In this document: in pieces, positions 20,401-27,653 of the stretch
Position numbering within the stretch: position 1 is the first letter of the stretch
How the letters are laid out: every line of letters begins with the position of its first letter
From: an uncultured Spirochaetia bacterium
GTDB taxonomy: Bacteria; Desulfobacterota_D; UBA1144; Nemesobacterales; UBA2774
Direction: 5' to 3'
DNA: 64,000 bases
Assembly: GCA_964586675.1 (NCBI GenBank)
Contig: CAZPHQ010000001.1
Span: forward strand, 127,385 to 191,384
Notes under the pieces: model-generated
What the model saw: only the letters and a program-made list of their open reading frames with translations
Database searches by the model: none
Told to the model about the DNA's origin: nothing
Made by a program: the position numbers and the translations under genes

Positions 20401-21262
20401 TGACTACGGGAATCTCCTGGTTCGCGATATCATAAGAGGGGAGCATGGACCTTGGGTATTGCTCGATGGCTATATTCATCAAGCAAACAGTACCGATAAA
20501 CGGGAAATCTTTAGCTTCTTACGGGGACTGTTTATCGAGGAAAAGAATATAGAAGACTTTAAAAAGAAGTTCTTTACTAGACCCTATCCAGGAAATTCTT
20601 CTATCGCCGATCCCCAGGAAGATTTCTACACGTTTGCTGGTGAAATACCGTGGTCGAAGCAACATGCCCCTTACCTTAGATATAAAAACGGACAGGCAAA
20701 ACGACATTTAGAGGATGTTTTTGGGGAGAGTGAGTTCGTTCCCTATAAAAGAAAACCACCTAAAAATGCTCCTTCTGTAGCAATTGAGACACCAGAAGGA
20801 CCTATCTCTGTTGTTCTAGGTAAAAAGTCCGTCACGGGAAAATGGAAAAGAACGCCTGGTGTGCAAGTTGAAATCCCTGTCTATGGTTTCAGTTGGGAAA
20901 GCTATCACAGTATAGTAAACGATTACAGCGGTTTTGATGTTCCAGCACCAGCTATTTCAAATTATCTAGGTCTTAACTATAGAAATCAATCAGTTGAGTT
21001 TTTCGACAGAAATGGAAAAAGAGCCACCATATTTCTGAGATTCCCTATCACAGAGATCTATCACAGCACTCATTTATTATATTTACGCAAAGACCTATTG
21101 GAGAAATATTTAGCACACAAGGGGCAAACCATTGTATGGGCAATCTGGGGAGAAAGAAGCATGCATTATAAGGTTTTCGAAAGGGGATATGTTAATGAAC
21201 AACAATTAGATGCTATATATCAAGAATATAAACACATTCATCGGACTTTTTGCAGGTATTAA
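17438..21262 (+). CDS. 1274-aa STAND/NACHT-like (or KAP-like) P-loop NTPase with an unassigned C-terminal domain
   Basis: Walker A LLLGEWGTGKTH (nt 17978-18001) and Walker B SLLIVDGINEGD (nt 18191-18217; the hhhhDGhxE form is typical of NACHT). Architecture is an N-terminal coiled coil of about 170 aa, a long helical middle region, and about 370 C-terminal aa with no motif I can assign. Confidence 0.85.
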   Translation: MNLDALKKYNLSEIASAGPRYTPGQDKNAPNLHIQGLEDALDALSLSKDFRKRLRGLAKLIAKAREESTHQVDQLFNGKKRSPLYLKNLIEKLSEANPQDAKSLIKEIKVVIETINKTIRKRVDKLFELERKERVKKREQTGGHDYERSRLMRFEENIGDVVSYFYSAPDLILNNCALLLGEWGTGKTHSLCDFVKRLTENGHYCVFSIAQNFPLNTDPIEAICQRSKLSKNMSELLSHMEKFGQENKCRSLLIVDGINEGDREEWKSAVDKLYKSISSIQHVGLVLSCRTPFQKLIFNKRILRRYKAFFHQGFSEIEFEAQEEFFKYYKIPFPEVPLLSDEFSRPLTLKLICKALENLTTSKKKSTFTGIASGQKGMTYILEKYIQDLGEPIEKNFKLPGKFCWTFLKGTTKTKDGSEDGIAVRMAKDQKEVLSYEEALEIILNVTKWESKDKAKKFLKAIVHSGILFEHFIWIDSGYVDAIKLPYQKFSDHIIARHLLGRYLSTKSPTAIKRSFNANRPLGKIFDISKHGHEYEIPNWAEALMIEFPERIKKLNSENKELIYYLPKSKRLITPSLDPFLNSLLWRPPSSFCRGTDAIVDQLLTIGTAETKHRVLDVLLALAVKKNHPYGAKRLDAFLYKKAMPERDLFWSEFLRKSYAADTPYKVISWSITAANQGISKSVAENCIIILMWFLTSVSKPQRDKATEAIINLGFLYPDLVFEKTLYSITINDPYVSERMLSASYGIAMNKWAENRKKFREPFMNFAKDIVKEMFLPGGKWGTHNAISRDCALGCIEIARLMDKNCIAKQYLQYLKPPFSHIKLSFKKPRDITKKKIEAVEFAIHMDFENYTIGRLIPGRGNYQYNHQGYQAVLKQIKGRIYDLGYRSDQFKKIDEEIARYQGPDTSDRPSKRERYGKKYSWIAYYEMYGYREANGLLKENRNDHRISDITFDPSLPKAPKPCSLKLPNLFRNKFKGTSHWLEYGLTPDYGNLLVRDIIRGEHGPWVLLDGYIHQANSTDKREIFSFLRGLFIEEKNIEDFKKKFFTRPYPGNSSIADPQEDFYTFAGEIPWSKQHAPYLRYKNGQAKRHLEDVFGESEFVPYKRKPPKNAPSVAIETPEGPISVVLGKKSVTGKWKRTPGVQVEIPVYGFSWESYHSIVNDYSGFDVPAPAISNYLGLNYRNQSVEFFDRNGKRATIFLRFPITEIYHSTHLLYLRKDLLEKYLAHKGQTIVWAIWGERSMHYKVFERGYVNEQQLDAIYQEYKHIHRTFCRY

Positions 21263-21435
21263 TACTTTTATCCCGTGTTTTTATTTATAATCATTTCAAA
21301 TGAAGGCTGTTCGAAGCAAAATTAGTATATAGCCAGAAATCAATTAAAAGCCAGCCAGTTAAGTAATGTGTGCCGAAGATTGGAGGTTAAGTTATTAAAA
21401 AATCATCTGACACCAGTAAATCAACATTTAGTCTG

Positions 21436-22401
21436 ATGATGGAGGATCAGATTAAGAATCTTCTTAAATCGCTACCCAGCAGTCCCGGTTACGACAGGAT
21501 TCAAGAAATCATCAAAGAATACGAAAGAACGAATAGGATATTAGCTGACTTGATATACAGTCCGTGGGAGATGGACCGTTTGATATCGGAAGCAGAGCAA
21601 CTTTCGCAATTTACAGAATTCAACCCGATAATTGATGAAGAACACGCAATGCTGAGTCAGCAACTTGTGGCAACACTGGCACCACAGTCGGCTGCCGATG
21701 CCATAGCGAGTCTAGGCTCTCCCATGAATGAGGGATTAATAAGGCTCGTAAGTCAATGTTTTAGTATTCCGACATCGGGCATTTGTAGCTCAATGGATGA
21801 AACAACAAACCTGGAATTTAACTTAACTGAATTAAAACCATTTGATATATCCAGACACGAATATTTACTGAATACTGAAGCCACACGAACCATAGATCTG
21901 GGAATTGTAAAGCTTAAAACTATTCAACAGACCCAGATGCAAGTTCAGATGAAGGTAACGGATATTCAACAAGATGTAGTTGAGTTAAAGGAGATTGTAA
22001 TAAAAGACGTGCAAAAGAAAGATGAAATGCTCGGAGAACTGCTTGATTATTTCCGTAATGGGGGCTCGAATGCAGTAAAAATCAGAAAGCTCAACTATAA
22101 CAAAAAATCAGCCGAGCTTATAATTAATGACACAGTTATACAAATCAGAACCGATACGAATCAACACTACCTATGTAAATTATTATTTTCCAGCAAAACA
22201 AGCATTAAGAGAGTTTGGGAGATCTACGATATCGTGGAAGCATTCGGCGAAGACACCACATGCCTTAAAGACTGGCGCAACATTATATACAACACTGTCA
22301 GGCATCTGAATGAGAAGATACAGTCTCAAACAGGGTTAGAAAAATTCATATTGTTCGACAATAAAACAATATTAATTAATCCCAACTACTTAGACCTCTA
22401 G
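21436..22401 (+). CDS. hypothetical protein with a C-terminal OmpR/PhoB-like winged-helix pattern
   Basis: 321 aa. The C-terminus SAELIINDTVIQIRTDTNQHYLCKLLFSS...VWEIYDIVEAFGED...WRNIIYNTVRHLNEKIQ...FILFDNKTILINPNY follows the Trans_reg_C spacing. There is a central Q-rich coiled coil. Confidence 0.7.
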   Translation: MMEDQIKNLLKSLPSSPGYDRIQEIIKEYERTNRILADLIYSPWEMDRLISEAEQLSQFTEFNPIIDEEHAMLSQQLVATLAPQSAADAIASLGSPMNEGLIRLVSQCFSIPTSGICSSMDETTNLEFNLTELKPFDISRHEYLLNTEATRTIDLGIVKLKTIQQTQMQVQMKVTDIQQDVVELKEIVIKDVQKKDEMLGELLDYFRNGGSNAVKIRKLNYNKKSAELIINDTVIQIRTDTNQHYLCKLLFSSKTSIKRVWEIYDIVEAFGEDTTCLKDWRNIIYNTVRHLNEKIQSQTGLEKFILFDNKTILINPNYLDL

Positions 22402-22405
22402 TAAA

Positions 22406-22429
22406 TAGTTGCGCAGATATGCGCAACTA
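22406..22429. repeat. perfect 10-bp inverted repeat TAGTTGCGCA-gata-TGCGCAACTA (terminator-like hairpin or candidate origin element)
   Basis: Read directly from the sequence. It starts 5 nt after the stop of the 321-aa gene and lies 204 nt upstream of the Rep-like gene. No T-run follows. Confidence 0.5.
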
Positions 22430-22450
22430 TCCTTCCATTAGTCTCAGAGC

Positions 22451-22636
22451 ATGCAATCTGAGGCCAGAAGTTTAAAAAACATAGAGATCAAGAAGAATCT
22501 GAATAGAGATAGCGCAGATTCCAGATTGCGGATGTTCTTTGAAATTCTCATGAAAATCGACAAGCGTGAAAATATCGTGCGTGGCGCACGCGAATCGAAA
22601 GATAAAGAGCTCAAAATAAATTGTGAAAACCAATGA
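22451..22636 (+). CDS. possible small basic ORF overlapping the rep start (ATGA)
   Basis: 61-aa ORF whose TGA overlaps the ATG of the Rep-like gene. No recognisable domain. It may instead be non-coding origin or promoter DNA. Confidence 0.25.
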   Translation: MQSEARSLKNIEIKKNLNRDSADSRLRMFFEILMKIDKRENIVRGARESKDKELKINCENQ

Positions 22637-23745
22637 TCGACACAATAACTATTCGACTCGCTGCACCTCAATTCAGAATAACCGACCACTATAAATTCAG
22701 TCCGGACACCCATAACTTTTTCTATCCGCCTTATGCAAAAATGGGTGGCAGGGCATATTTGGATTCATACCAAAACCCAACGAGGTCGGAGCTTAAAGAA
22801 GGAGAATACAAACCACAACTTACAGTGCGTAAGAGATGGCAGGATTCAGAGCCTTTGATATTTCTCTACGTACAATTTTCAGCACCAAAAATCCTCTTTG
22901 GCAATAACTTTGATGAACTTAAGGACACCGATTTGGATGAAGTTATAAATGTATTAAATTCAAGACTGTCAGATATGGGAGTTATTACAAGCAAAACCGA
23001 ATTACTAAAAGCAAAAGTTGTAAAGATTCATTACTCCAAGAACATAGTATTGCCGGATTATATTATTCCGAGCATGCTGATCGGCGAAGTCAGAAAAGTG
23101 GACTTCAATCTTCATAGAGAACTCACTGAAAGAGATTACAGAAATTCAGGGCAGAGTTTACGATTCCACGTTAAAGATTTCGAGTTAATACTTTATGACA
23201 AAAAGAAGGACATGCAGAAATCTATTGATAAAGACAACACTTTGCAACTCGAACTCTTTGAAAAAATACAAAGAAAGAGACCTTTTGAAGTTTTACGTAT
23301 AGAGATAAGACTTAATAGCACTAACAGGATCAAAGATGAAGTGGGAATACCTAAAAAAGACCATACACTGGAAAGATTATTCGATACTCAAATTAGCATT
23401 AAGGTACTTCAAAGATATTGGACGCAACTAAATAAAGGCTATAAAAGTCTAAATTACGATATTCAGGATAAAGAGAAATTTCTGGCCAGCTTTTTGGTAA
23501 ACAATCCCGAGGCCCGAATATCAAATGCTTTTACGACTTATGCTATGTTGGAATTTTTACAAGATATAGGCACTAGCAAGCTTAGAAACCTAATAGATAC
23601 CAAGTTTTCCAAGCGGACCTGGTTCAATTTGAAAGCCAATCTGAACAAGTATAAACTTAATGGAGAATTGCCGGATTATTTCAATGCAATATCAGATTCC
23701 TTAAAGAAATACACCCCCTTAAATTTGAAAGACCATCTTATCTAA
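22633..23745 (+). CDS. rolling-circle replication initiator-like protein (Rep_trans / phage gene II-X family-like)
   Basis: The MIDTITIRL N-terminus, FSAPKILFGNNFDEL, FELILYDKKKD (YDK active-site-Tyr-like motif) and LRIEIRLN follow the pattern I recall for Rep_trans/CRI-type initiators. Confidence 0.6.
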   Translation: MIDTITIRLAAPQFRITDHYKFSPDTHNFFYPPYAKMGGRAYLDSYQNPTRSELKEGEYKPQLTVRKRWQDSEPLIFLYVQFSAPKILFGNNFDELKDTDLDEVINVLNSRLSDMGVITSKTELLKAKVVKIHYSKNIVLPDYIIPSMLIGEVRKVDFNLHRELTERDYRNSGQSLRFHVKDFELILYDKKKDMQKSIDKDNTLQLELFEKIQRKRPFEVLRIEIRLNSTNRIKDEVGIPKKDHTLERLFDTQISIKVLQRYWTQLNKGYKSLNYDIQDKEKFLASFLVNNPEARISNAFTTYAMLEFLQDIGTSKLRNLIDTKFSKRTWFNLKANLNKYKLNGELPDYFNAISDSLKKYTPLNLKDHLI

Positions 23746-23785
23746 CTTGAATTCATAGAATATTCAGCTTAAACTGTTTCAATAT

Positions 23786-23998
23786 ATGGAAAGTATGTTA
23801 ATAGACTTGCCCCGACAAATAAAGCGGATTCGTGAGGAAAAAGAAATTACGCAAAAAGAACTTGCGAAAATTTCAGGTGTAAGCTATTCAACCTTAACCA
23901 AGCTTGAAACAGGCGTGATCAAAAATCCCTCCTTTGAAGTGGTATTGAGAATTATTAAGGCACTGGAAATCGATTTATCCGATCTAATGACGGAATAA
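23786..23998 (+). CDS. XRE-family helix-turn-helix transcriptional regulator
   Basis: ITQKELAKISGVSYSTLTKLETGVIKNPSFEVVLRIIKAL is a canonical HTH_3/Cro-C1 pattern. 70 aa. Confidence 0.85.
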   Translation: MESMLIDLPRQIKRIREEKEITQKELAKISGVSYSTLTKLETGVIKNPSFEVVLRIIKALEIDLSDLMTE

Positions 23999-24010
23999 GA
24001 ATATCCAACA

Positions 24011-25468
24011 ATGAAAGCAATATTATTAGCCAGGGTTTCAACAGAAGAACAAAATACTGAGAGTCAGTTAATTAAGCTTAAAGAATACGCAGACGAGGAG
24101 GGATTCGAATATACAAAAGAAGACATTTTTGATTTCTATGAATCCGCTTACAAAAGCAATAGAGAACACTTCCAAGAAGTGATCGCGTATTTAAACGAGC
24201 AGAAGGACAAAGTAGCTCTATGTTGTGATAAGGTAGACAGATTATTAAGAAACTTCTTGCACTTGAGGCCTATTCAGGAATTACTTGAGCAAGACAGAAT
24301 CGAGTTACATTTTCCATCTGACAATTTAGTGTTGAATAATAATTCTCAAGCTACTGAAAAATTCAAATTCAACCTTGGGGCTATGTTAGCCCAATATTAT
24401 TCGGACGCCATCAGCGACAACGTGAGGCGTTCGATATACAAACGAATAAAATCAGGGCAAATACTTGGAAAAGCACCATACGGATATAGAAATGCAACAC
24501 TCGATGACGATACAAAAACTGTTGAGACAAATCCATTCGAGGCCTCTGTCGTACTCAAGATTTTTGAGTGGTATGCAACAGGATCATATGCGCTAAGCGA
24601 GATTAAAGAGAAAATCCATAAAGAATTCGGTGTGAAACTAGGCAAATCAACCATTGCAAAAATACTCGAAAATAAATTCTACATTGGGATTGCCGAGTAT
24701 AAAAAACAGGGAACGGAATATCATCACATTTACCCAACTATAGTTCCAAGTAATATCTTTTACACTGCGCAGGAAGTCAAAGCAGGTAGAAATCCCTTTT
24801 TAGGCTCAGGTATTAAATACTCCGGAAAAGAATTTTTTTACAGAGGACTCATTAATTGTTCCACATGCGGGTACTCCATATCTCCAGAAGAACATAGAAG
24901 CAAAAAATATTATTGCTGCACTGAATATGGAGGCAAACATGGAGCACACTATGTAAACGAGGATGTACTAACAAACGAATTTGCTGAAGCTTTTAGACGA
25001 ATTACCATATCAGAGGCTACCGCTCAGAAAATAATTCATGAAGTACATCAATTAAACGAAACGAACCTTTATATGTCTCAGGAGCTCATAGATAATTTCA
25101 GAAAGGAAAAAGACAAAATACGCAAAAGGATATCAAAACTATATGATGCATATTTTGACGAAAGTATTACTAAGGAAATGTATGAAGGAAAATTGAATCA
25201 ATATAATACAGAATTGAAAAGAATTGAGGACAGGCTGAAAAACGTAGAAAAGGTCGATAAAGATTTTTATGCTACCGCCGAATATATAATTCAGCTTGCT
25301 AAACATAGCAGCGCGTTATTCAGGTGTTCAGAATATGAAGAAAGGAGACTGCTAATTAACACAGTACTTCTGAACGTTAAATGGAATGGTCTAAACCTTT
25401 GTTATGATTACAAAGAACCATTCAATTTGCTAGCAAATATGCATGAGAGTACAGGGTGGGGTGAGTGA
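24011..25468 (+). CDS. large serine recombinase (integrase)
   Basis: N-terminal resolvase motif ILLARVSTEEQ with the catalytic Ser, GKAPYGYRN in the recombinase domain, the zinc ribbon CSTCGYSISPEEHRSKKYYCC, and a C-terminal coiled coil. The last 12 nt overlap tRNA-His. Confidence 0.9.
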   Translation: MKAILLARVSTEEQNTESQLIKLKEYADEEGFEYTKEDIFDFYESAYKSNREHFQEVIAYLNEQKDKVALCCDKVDRLLRNFLHLRPIQELLEQDRIELHFPSDNLVLNNNSQATEKFKFNLGAMLAQYYSDAISDNVRRSIYKRIKSGQILGKAPYGYRNATLDDDTKTVETNPFEASVVLKIFEWYATGSYALSEIKEKIHKEFGVKLGKSTIAKILENKFYIGIAEYKKQGTEYHHIYPTIVPSNIFYTAQEVKAGRNPFLGSGIKYSGKEFFYRGLINCSTCGYSISPEEHRSKKYYCCTEYGGKHGAHYVNEDVLTNEFAEAFRRITISEATAQKIIHEVHQLNETNLYMSQELIDNFRKEKDKIRKRISKLYDAYFDESITKEMYEGKLNQYNTELKRIEDRLKNVEKVDKDFYATAEYIIQLAKHSSALFRCSEYEERRLLINTVLLNVKWNGLNLCYDYKEPFNLLANMHESTGWGE

Positions 25469-25535
25469 CGGGATTTGAACCCGCGACCTCTGGGGCCACA
25501 ACCCAGTGCTCTAACCGGTCTGAGCTACACCCACC
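25457..25535 (-). tRNA. tRNA-His: tRNA-His (anticodon GTG) with encoded G-1 and CCA
   Basis: Manual cloverleaf: G-1 plus acceptor GTGGGTG/CACTCAC, D arm GCTC/GAGC, anticodon arm CTGGG-TTGTGGC-CCCAG, T arm GCGGG-TTCAAAT-CCCGT, discriminator C pairing with G-1, and CCA. 79 nt. Confidence 0.9.
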
Positions 25536-25596
25536 ATTGATTTCAGAAAATTTAAGAGAACAGAAATAGTACCATATATATAATATGTGACAACTG

Positions 25597-26232
25597 CTAA
25601 CCCCACGCCGCCCCGACGTAAAAAAATCTCCCCAGCCCTACAGTGAAAATAAGGCATCCGTAGAGGGCGTGCTCTATGGAAACGAGCGCAAGGGAGTGAC
25701 CCTTCCTGTAATTGTCGGCGAATATAAACCCGCCGGCAAGCGTCATCGCCACCGCAATCCAGTTAAGAAAAATTATATGCATATATCCGAACGCGAGGGC
25801 CGAGGCGATAAGGTGCCCCCTCCCCTCGCCGAAAATCGGCGCATATCTTTTATATATTAGAGCCCTGTACAAAACCTCCTGCGGCCATACGGAAAGAAGG
25901 GGATAAAGAAAGATCACCATTAACCAGATGCGCGGGTTTTCGCGCGGGAATGAAAGAAAATCCCCGGGAGCCGCTATCCATACCAGGATCGTTACAAGAG
26001 GGGCGATAACGGCGAACCTCAGGAGTATTATCTTCAGCATGCCACGGAAAGAAGCGCGGGGCCCTTCATCCGTGGGGCGCGACATTCTGAGGTAGATGTA
26101 GGCAAGTATGCTCCCGCCCCAGAGAAGCGCGATCATGAGCCAGCGCTCCCTGAAAAAAAGTATGAGCGCGGGAACGGCGGCGAAAAGTAATAAAAATTCA
26201 GACAGGAGAAGCCACTTTTGTCCCGGCCTCAA
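25597..26232 (-). CDS. CPBP (CAAX/Abi) family intramembrane metalloprotease
   Basis: Multi-TM protein with the QEVLYRA, FGYMH and IEHALYG motifs. The TTG start overlaps the stop of the upstream OMF gene by 4 nt. The start is uncertain. Confidence 0.7.
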   Translation of the reverse strand: MRPGQKWLLLSEFLLLFAAVPALILFFRERWLMIALLWGGSILAYIYLRMSRPTDEGPRASFRGMLKIILLRFAVIAPLVTILVWIAAPGDFLSFPRENPRIWLMVIFLYPLLSVWPQEVLYRALIYKRYAPIFGEGRGHLIASALAFGYMHIIFLNWIAVAMTLAGGFIFADNYRKGHSLALVSIEHALYGCLIFTVGLGRFFYVGAAWG

Positions 26233-27653
26233 GCGCCGTCCTCCTGCCAGCCGCCGCCGAGCGCCCTGTAGACTTCCACCAGCGCCGTAAGCTCTCCGAG
26301 ATAAGCCTCCGCAAGATCGATCCGAGCGGAGAAGTAATTCGTTTCGTTGGTGAGGACTTCGAGATAGTCCGTTTCACCTTTTCCGAACCTGAGCTCGGAG
26401 AGATGCGCCGAGTCCCTCGCGGCCTCGGCGAGCTTTCCCTGCTCGATGCGGAACTCCCTGTTTTTCCTGTAGGCGACGAGCGCGTCGGAGACGTCCCTGA
26501 ATGCCCCCTGTATCGTCCGCTGATACGTGAGCATCATCTCCTGGTACTCGGCTTCGGAGAGGCGGACGCCGGAGCTTATCCTCCCTGCTTCGAATATCGG
26601 CTGCAGTAAAGAGGCGGCCGCGCTCCATATACCGGCAGGCTCCGTGAAGAGGTTCGAGAGCTCGTCGCTCTGATAGCCCGCCCTCCCCGTGAGACTTATC
26701 CGGGGGAACCACGCAGCCCTGGCGACGCCGATATCTGCATTGGCGGCGGCAAGCTCCTCCTCCGCGCGCCTTATGTCGGGCCTGCTTTCGAGTAGCGCGG
26801 ACGGGAGACCTGCCGGAATCTCAGGCGGATGAGGCTGCTCCGTCAGCGGCAGGCCCCGCGCGATCGGGCCGGGGTTTTGTCCGAGGAGCGTGCTGAGAAG
26901 GTTCTCCTGCCGCGCTATATCCCTTTCGAGCGCCGGTATCTGTGTCGACGCGGTGTAGACCAGCTGCTCCGCCTGCCGGACGTCCAGCAGCGAGCTCAGC
27001 CCGCGCTCTTCGCGTATATTCGTCAGGTCGAGCGACTCCTCCCGCGACGCGAGGGTGTTCTTTGAAATTTCGAGCTGGAGGTCGAGCTTTCTGAGCTGAA
27101 AATAAGCCGCCGCGACGTTCGCCACGAGCACCGAGACGACTTCCTTCTCGGCCCATTCGCTCGCGAGGAGACGCGCCCTCGCAGCCTCGGTCGCCCTCCG
27201 GTACTGGCCCCAGAAATCGAGGGTCCACTGCCCCACGAGGCTTACCTGGTAGTCAGTGAGCTCGAACGCCGGCGTCGGGCCCAGGCGCGCGCTCCTCTGG
27301 TTCGCCACTCCCCCGCTGGCGTCGATAGTCGGGAACTGGTCGGCCTGCGTGATTCCGAGTATCGCCCGCGCCTGGAGCACCCTCGCCGCCGCTATCTGGA
27401 GGTCGTAATTCTGCTCCAGAGCGGTTTCGATGAGCCTCGTCAGCTCGGGGTCCTGAAACACCCGCCACCAATCCTCGTCCGCGAGCGACGCGGCGGATTC
27501 TTCGGCCCCCGTCTCCCCCCTGTATTCCTCCGGCACGTCCACGGCAGGTCTTTTATAGTCCGGGCCGACCATGCACCCCGAAAGCGCGAGCAGTAATGCC
27601 GGCACAAAAACGCGCAGGAAGGCTTTACGCATATCGCTCACCGGATTCGTCAT
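26229..27653 (-). CDS. RND efflux outer-membrane factor lipoprotein (NodT family)
   Basis: Lipobox LLALSGC and the two-repeat OMF architecture. ATGA overlap with the RND pump gene. The true start may be the MRKAF Met at 27632. Confidence 0.9.
   Translation of the reverse strand: MTNPVSDMRKAFLRVFVPALLLALSGCMVGPDYKRPAVDVPEEYRGETGAEESAASLADEDWWRVFQDPELTRLIETALEQNYDLQIAAARVLQARAILGITQADQFPTIDASGGVANQRSARLGPTPAFELTDYQVSLVGQWTLDFWGQYRRATEAARARLLASEWAEKEVVSVLVANVAAAYFQLRKLDLQLEISKNTLASREESLDLTNIREERGLSSLLDVRQAEQLVYTASTQIPALERDIARQENLLSTLLGQNPGPIARGLPLTEQPHPPEIPAGLPSALLESRPDIRRAEEELAAANADIGVARAAWFPRISLTGRAGYQSDELSNLFTEPAGIWSAAASLLQPIFEAGRISSGVRLSEAEYQEMMLTYQRTIQGAFRDVSDALVAYRKNREFRIEQGKLAEAARDSAHLSELRFGKGETDYLEVLTNETNYFSARIDLAEAYLGELTALVEVYRALGGGWQEDGA

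Larger units (their letters stand above)
9794..25462. mobile_element. genomic island / integrative element at tRNA-His (serine-recombinase type), about 15.7 kb, carrying defence cargo
   Basis: Sharp drop in G+C. The same 8-bp GGTGGGGT occurs at both ends (9794-9801 and 25455-25462). The large serine recombinase, XRE and Rep-like genes sit at the tRNA-proximal end, with R-M, nuclease and NTPase cargo. Confidence 0.6.
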
